In this document: in pieces, positions 57,128 to 64,000 of the stretch | Layout: the number at the start of each line of letters is the position of its first letter | Position numbering within the stretch: the first letter of the stretch is position 1 | DNA from: the human T2T-CHM13v2.0 reference genome, Homo sapiens | Direction: 5' to 3' (one strand) | DNA length: 64,000 nucleotides | NCBI RefSeq assembly: GCF_009914755.1 | Contig: NC_060945.1 | The notes under the pieces: model-generated | Told to the model about the DNA's origin: nothing | Databases searched by the model: none | Seen by the model: only the letters and a program-made list of their open reading frames with translations | Translations under genes and position numbers: made by a program

Positions 57128-57467
57128 ATGTGGCCATGGGAAAATTTAAGTAGGTGGGATGGAACAGTCAGAATGCATTCATAAAAAATGAACTGAAAAT
57201 ATTTGGAGAACAGCACCAATGACTATCATGAATGCCAACATACATCCCTAACAACCCAGTGCTGTTACCCTCCAAACTTTTTATGTCTTGCAAAGTATTA
57301 GAACTTCATATCTGAAGCCATACCACTCAGAGGGAATGCAATACATATTGACATCTCCTTTAGGATGTCCATAGAGAATTCAAGAAAAGAAATAATTTAA
57401 AAGTGCTTTTGGGTACAGCTATTTAGCACTAGAGGGTAAGATTAGACATAGATTGTAAAGATAATAA

Positions 57468-57653
57468 TAGGGTTAGGCATAGGATTAGGATCTGGGTCAG
57501 AGTCAGGGCCAGAAGTATGGTTAGAGGTGGGGTCATGGTCAGGGTCAAGATCAAAGTCAGGGTTAAAGTAAGGGTCAGAATTAAGGACCAGGGTAGGGAT
57601 CAGGATTTAGGTTCAGGCTCAAAGTCTTGGGACAGGGTTAGGGTTAGGATTAG
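57468..57653 (+). repeat. Degenerate telomere-like hexamer tract
   Basis: ~30 hexamer-phased units (TTAGGG, TCAGGG, TTAGGA, TCAGAG, TCAAAG). Confidence 0.8.
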
Positions 57654-58335
57654 AACCAGAGCTTTGTTCTCAGGACCCACCCGAGGGTGGGTCACCATGG
57701 CTTTGGAGCACCTGGTAGTGTGGCGTGTCCACAGTGAAGACCAGAGTTTCGTTGTCCTTAAGACTGACCTGGGAGACGTGGCTGCAGGCCATTGAGGAAG
57801 GTGAGGCAAAAGCTTCCTGTCTGCTCCCCGTGTGCTGAGGAGGGAGCTCTGCCATGGGCTTTACTTTCACACGTTATATTCTACAAGTCTTGTTTTACAA
57901 AAGCATCCCTTCCTTGAGGCTTCGGCTGCTCATCGCTGCTCATCATCATAGCGTGCCATAACATATAGTAAGATTTGGGTTTGTTTCTGGGAGAGATCTT
58001 GGCATAGAGAAAGGAGAAATGCTTAGAGCCACCATCAAGACAGTTGGGATGAAAGCTGGGGATAGGCAGAGGCTGGAGGAAACATGTGCACCCCTTGTAA
58101 ACACTTATTCATGTTTTAGTTATTCACTTAAAGTGTTAAATTAGTAAAAATAGTATTGAAAAATTGAAAAGTAGGCATATTAAAACTTGTAACACTATTT
58201 AAGCTTAGATATATTATTTGTACCTCATCAACATTTTTTATTTTGTTGAGAAAGTGTAAGGTTAATTGGCAGCATATTTCTAATAGTAGATAGAATAATG
58301 TCTGTTTTATAAATGTTGACATCCTACATTACATG

Positions 58336-58779
58336 TGTGAACCCTGAAAATCTGAGACAGCTCTCAGATTTTTAAGAAAGTTTATTTTGCCAATCTTGAG
58401 GATGTGCACCCGTGATGCCTCCCCAGGAGGTCGTGACAACATGGGCCCAAGGTGATCGGGGCACAGCTTGGTTTTATACACTTTAGGGAGACATGAGACA
58501 TCAATCAATACGTGTAAGATGTACATTGGTTCAGTCCAGAAAGGTGAGAAGGCCAGACAGGGGGCTTCCAGGTCATAGGTAGGTAAGAGACAAATGGTTT
58601 CATTCTTTTGCATTGCTGATTACCCTCTCCAAATGAGGCAATCAGGTATGCATTTATCTCGGTGAGCAGATGGGTGACTTTGGATACAATGGGAGGCGGG
58701 TTTGCCCTAAGCAGTTCCCAGCTTGACTTTTCCCTTTAGCTTAGTGATTTTGATTCCCAAGATTTATTTTCCCTTCATA
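58336..58779 (-). mobile_element. MER4A-like solo LTR
   Basis: Aligns along its length with the LTR at 8705-9161. Confidence 0.85.
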
Positions 58780-61002
58780 AGGTTTTCCTATGAGCATTAA
58801 TTATTCATTGTGTATTTTATCACACAAATAAGGCACAGATTTTTAAAAAATCATCAACTTCCTGGCTACCTATATAGACATAATTACATAGAAGCTCAAC
58901 TAAATTTGCAAACATTCCAGAGTTTGGGTTTCCAATAATTCTTTGTGATTCTTTAAAAGGTAAAGTATTTTTTTCCCATAAAACATAGCAACATTTAAAA
59001 TCACCCGTAGAATGTCCTGCCATTTTTGTTTCTGTAGTTTCCTCATTTTCTGCAAAGCCTCGCTGAGGAAATTGACTTTGAATATCCTTTTACACTCTTC
59101 TGTTTTAGAAAGCATTGTGGTAAAACATTGAATCATCATGGTCATAAGTTCTGTTCACATTCTTTCTTGCTTTGAATATTTTTTCCCAGTGGCCAATATT
59201 TGATTCTGTTGTATCATGGCTAAAAGGTAGGCATGGCAACAAAATAAAGACAGGAAGTCTTTGGAATAAGTGATCCCATCACAATGAATCAATTTGCCAT
59301 TGGAACATATTTTTACAAAGTCACTCTTTCGAAAATATTTAGCTATGAATTGAAACAGAGTCTGTATAGTTAATATTTTTCCTGGTCTAAGGTGAACAGC
59401 ATTTTAGAGAATGAACTCAGGACACAACCACAGCACAAGAAAAACGTGATAATTAAGTTTACACATATGTGTTACTACTGCAACAGAAAACATGTAAAGA
59501 ACATTTGATTTATGTATCAGTCTGCACTGTTTAATTTTTTGTGTCATAAATACTCTTATTTAAAAAAACAGGACTAGTTAACAGTGTCAATTACTAGTAA
59601 TTCATGGTATAAATAATTAAACAAGGAAGTGTTCAAAAAAAACAGTGTTTTAAATAAAGTTTTATTTTACATCATCTTTTTTACTTACACAGAAATTGTC
59701 AAAAAAAAGCAGAGATTTCCCATGTAGCCGCAACCTAGTTTCCTCTCTTATTAACATCTTCTATCAGTGTGTCTCACATGGCTTATTAATATCTTACATA
59801 ATTTGTCACAGTTAATGAACCAATACTGATAGACTATTATTAATTGAAGTTCATATTTCATTTGGATTCCCTTAGTTCTATCTTACTCTGACCCAGGATC
59901 CCATCCAGGATCCCGCATGACATGTAGACATCACGTGGGCTCTTCCTGGCTGTGACAGTGTGTCAGGCTTTCCATCTCATGATGACCTTCATAGCACTGA
60001 GGAGGATTGGTCAGGAATGTTGTAGAATGTCCCCCATTGTCACTTCATGTTCTCAAGGTGAACTGTCACCTTTGATGTTCACTTGGATCATTTGGCAGAG
60101 CTAATGTTTGTCAGGTTTCTCCACTGTGAGGTTATTTCTCCTCCTTGTCCGTACTGCATGTGTTCTTTTGGAGCAAGTCACTATGCAGAGCCTCACTCCG
60201 TCAGGAGTTGGCTCCACCTTCTTGACGGCTGAGTGTCTACATCAATTATTTGGAATTCTTTTGCAAAGGAGATTTCTATGCAACTCCATTTGCTTATTCA
60301 CCTAGGTATACAAATACAGACACCTAGATAATTACTTTAAGCTTTAGTTATTATTCAACACTACAGTATTATGTTGCACAATTCATTCCTGTGTTGGCCA
60401 TCAGTAGCTGTTTTTATTGGCTCTTATTTTTCTTTGATATGTTTTAATTTTTTTAGTACTTACTTTCTGATACTTCCAGATTATCCTGGCTCCTATATTT
60501 ACTGTCCCAGTTCTAGTATCAGACATTTCTTCAAAGAGCCTGATTACTTTCAGAATGGTAGGAAAACTTACATCTGGCTGCTGAATGAGCACATTGTATC
60601 TTCTCCCTCATTGGCAATGCTAGGAAGTATATGTGTGTGTCTAACCTACCTATACACACCTAATTATAAAGTTTTCTATGTAGAACTGTGTGTGTCTATA
60701 TTAAACTAAACATAAGTTTACGTTGATGTCTCCACCTCTGATCTACTATCACATGAATCATTCTAGCCTTCTAGCCTTGCTAATTTGTAACCTCCCACTT
60801 CAACAGTAAGAAACCTGGTTCCCACCATCTGTGACTTATGTAAGTCATTGTTTTATTCCAGATACAGACACTGTGGTTTTACAATTGTTCACAATTGCTT
60901 CTGTTGGAAAGAACTTTATAAAATGGAATCCAATAATGAAGTATAGTTCATGTGCCTTCAGCCTACAGATTCTATTCATTTTCAAAGTTTTTACCTAGAT
61001 TT

Positions 61003-61442
61003 GTGTCTTAGTCCATTTTGTGCTTCTGTAACAGAATACCTGAGGCTGCGTAATTTATAAGTAAAACAGTTTCATTTGGTTGACAATACTGGTGGCTGGA
61101 ATGTCTGAGATTGGGCGGTTGCATCTGGCGGGGCCTCAGTCTTTTTCACCTCATGGTGGAAAGTGGAAGGGGAGCAAGGGGTGCACCAGCGATCACACAG
61201 CAGAAGTGAAAGCAAGAGGGAAGCCAAGGAAGCCAGGCTCTTTTTAATTACCTACTCCTGCAGGAATTATCTATTCCTGTGAGAACAGAACTCACCCCCA
61301 TGGAGGACATTAATCTATTCATGAGGGATCCGTCCCCACGACCCAAACACCGTCCACTAGGCCCCACCGCCCCACACTGACGCAGTGGGAGTCAAATTTC
61401 AACATGAGTTTTTGTGGGGACAAACCACATCCAAACCATAGT
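61003..61442. mobile_element. MST/MLT1A-type MaLR LTR
   Basis: 'tgtcttagtccattttgtgc...ccacatccaaaccatag'. Confidence 0.8.
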
Positions 61443-61859
61443 AATTTGTAGCATAAATTCTTTTTCACATGATGTATTCTGTCATGGGATACTCCACATC
61501 CTGAGTAATTTGATTTAATTTGAATAGAGTTTGCTTTAACCATTTGGCTGTAAAATTCTGCGTATTTCGACAAATGCATTGTGGCAGATATCCCGCTATT
61601 AAAGTATCATATGGAATGCCTCAAACCCCCACCCCATGGAGCCAATGGCTTCCCATCTGTGTAGTTTGCCTTCTCCAGTGTCTCATTAAATGAGGTCACA
61701 CTGTGTGTATCCTCCTCAGACTGTCTTCTTCCACTTAGCAATGTGCATGCAAGATTCACTCATGTCTTTGTGTGTGTTGATATCTTGTTCCTTTCTATGG
61801 CTAAATAGTATTCCATTACATGAATGTAGCAGAATTTGGTTATGCATTTTGGGGAGCAG

Positions 61860-64000
61860 AACCTTCCTCTTCTAACTTTGTTCCAGGGTTGGAGACCTTC
61901 AAGTTAACTGACAATAGATACATTAGTAGGAGAGACAATACTTGGCTTCTTGTTCCCCAAGTATCATTGTGGGACAAAATTCATCAGATGGCAGGATCCA
62001 GTTTACAAAGAGGTAAAAATAGCCCAGAAACAAGAAACAAGACTAGAATCTGATAACTCACAATGGCTATAGTTTTCCTTTAAAAAAATTTTTTTTGAGA
62101 CAGGGTCTGGCTCTGCCGCCCAGGCTGGAGTGCAAAGGTGCAATCTCAGCTCACTGCAACCTCTACCTCCTGGGTGCAAACGATCCTCCCTCCTCAGCCT
62201 CCTGATTACCTGGGACTACAGGCACATGCCGTCATGCCCATCTAATTTTTGTATTTTTGGTAGAGACGGGGTTTCACCATGTTGCCCAGGCTGATGTTGA
62301 ACTCCTGGCCTTCCAAAGGGCTGTAATTATAGGCATGTGCCACCATGCCCGGCTGTGTTATACTTTTCCTTTGAAAGATAAAATTTCTCTCTGTAGTAAC
62401 CATCATTTTTGATCATAATCAAAGTAAGACTATTCTTGTTTTAAAAATAAGTCTAGTTTTGTTAGATTTTGCTTGATTATTTACGTAAGTGCAGCAAGAA
62501 CAGGAGATGACCACGTAGGTGCTTTCAGGTTTCTTTGCTGGAAGTTTTCATACAGAATCTCAGATTTGACTTTTAAAGGCCTTATTCAGGCTAAAAGCCA
62601 AGCCAAGAACATACTATCAAATTTCAGCTGCAGTCCTTATAGCTTTTTGTGAATTCCTCTCTTCTTGAGGCCCCAAAATATCCCTAAATTCCTGGGCCTA
62701 CCAGGAAATGACCTTCCTTACTAACCTATAAGGCTATGAACCCTGTAATCTAGGTATCAGGCTGGGTTTTCTCAGAGTGCTGTTGGGAATGAAGTTTTTT
62801 ATGTTCCCCCCCCCAAAAAAAAGAACTAACATGGGAACAAATGATCTCTTAGCAAGGCGAGCTTTATTTTTCTGCACAAAGGGTGCTACTCAATAGCTGT
62901 CCAGCTACAAGAGCACACCAAACAAAGGAGACAGAGTTACTTATAACCTGACGTGTCTACCCTACTGCTGTGTCCAGTTTCCATTGGCTGGAATAGGACC
63001 TCCCATTTTACACTTTACCCGATTGGCTGTTAGTTTAAAACTTTCTTAATTAGGTAAAGGGAATAGAAGAAAGAAAGAAAAGGAAGTTGCCCAGGGGTAG
63101 TTAAGGAAGCATCTCCAAATAAGGAATGGCATGCACTATGGGCTGGGGCTTGTCTAGTTCTGTCCAGGCATGCTGGAGCAAGCTAGGACAAGTGATTTGG
63201 AACACACACACACACACACACACACATAAAAATAGTGGGTAGTTGTGACTTTATAATCTTTGAGGAAGAACTTTCCTCAAAGTTTTCCACAGTGCTTTGT
63301 AAGCATTGTCTCCATAAAAGTCAACCTTACTTCCTTAAAATTGCTGGTCATAACTGATCTTAGGTACACTTCCTAAATATGATATTCCAGTAAAAACCTT
63401 GATAATATAACCAAAATTTCCAATTATGTCCTGTTATAAGGTGAATAGATTCTTATTGGACTTTTGCTAACAACAATATCATCGTGGAAATAAGAGTATT
63501 CAGTAAGGATTTCAAAATTCTGGAAAAATCAGGCAAGAAAAAAAGATAAACGCTTCATTTCTGTTTACAAAAGTATAATCTACTAAATTGTTGTAAGTTA
63601 CAGTTAGAGTAAGAGAAAGAGATTTCTTAAATCCAGAAACTAGAATATTAACCAGCAATGCTCCAAAAAGCTATACAATTATAATCAATTTTCATCAGTT
63701 CATTCAGTGCCATGTAATCAATTCCAGTCTTGTGGATCTTGAGTTAGCAGTGTCATGAACCCATCAGTTTCCCAACCGGACTTCTGGAGACCTTAACTGA
63801 GTCAAGTGTATGGTCTTAAAGTTATTTAAGCAATATCATCAGAAGCCTATAACCAGAGTACCTGTCATAGTCTTTTCTGTGAGTCTCAGAGGGAGTCCTG
63901 TCTTGGAGACGAACATTCTGACCTGTAGTTGATTGCAGGAGCTTTCAGGAAAGCATCAGGGGGAAATAATATCTAAATGACGAAAAGTATGAAATGGCTG
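61860..64000 (-). mobile_element. ERV1-type internal and LTR sequence with an Alu at 62089-62354
   Basis: MER4/MER51-group-like composition; antisense Alu 'gagacagggtctggctctg...'. Confidence 0.55.

Larger units (their letters stand above)
55020..64000. other. Probable subtelomeric segmental-duplication block (boundary approximate)
   Basis: Distal to PRMT2 (terminal 21q gene), contains a degenerate telomeric tract; resembles multi-chromosome subtelomeric duplicon sequence from memory only. Confidence 0.5.

Noticed and set aside
57517-57795. VRVKIKVRV-repeat ORF
   Set aside because: Translation artefact of the telomere-like hexamers

Overview
Primate (human-like) genomic DNA containing the complete PRMT2 gene (SH3-domain protein arginine methyltransferase 2) on the + strand. 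Its CpG-island promoter lies at ~9.4-10.5 kb. Two non-coding 5' exons are followed by ten coding exons (11214-38698) that splice to 1302 nt (433 aa + stop), with poly(A) signals at ~39.3 kb. PRMT2 is the most distal protein-coding gene on human 21q. Intron 7 holds an antisense destrin processed pseudogene (DSTNP1). Upstream lies a MER4-type ERV (5' LTR, tRNA-Arg primer site, internal sequence) plus L1, MaLR and Alu elements. Downstream are an orphan CpG island (~41.6-42.6 kb), younger L1 insertions with target-site duplications (one with a 3' transduction) and subtelomere-type sequence with a degenerate telomere-like hexamer tract. I found no novel protein-coding system. The best hypotheses are regulatory: (1) an intragenic CpG island with an H19-type CTCF motif just downstream of intronic poly(A) signals; (2) a short uORF plus a 59-aa overlapping out-of-frame uORF in the PRMT2 leader; (3) the orphan downstream island with intact splice and poly(A) signals. 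Repeat subfamily calls are from recognition, not a database search.
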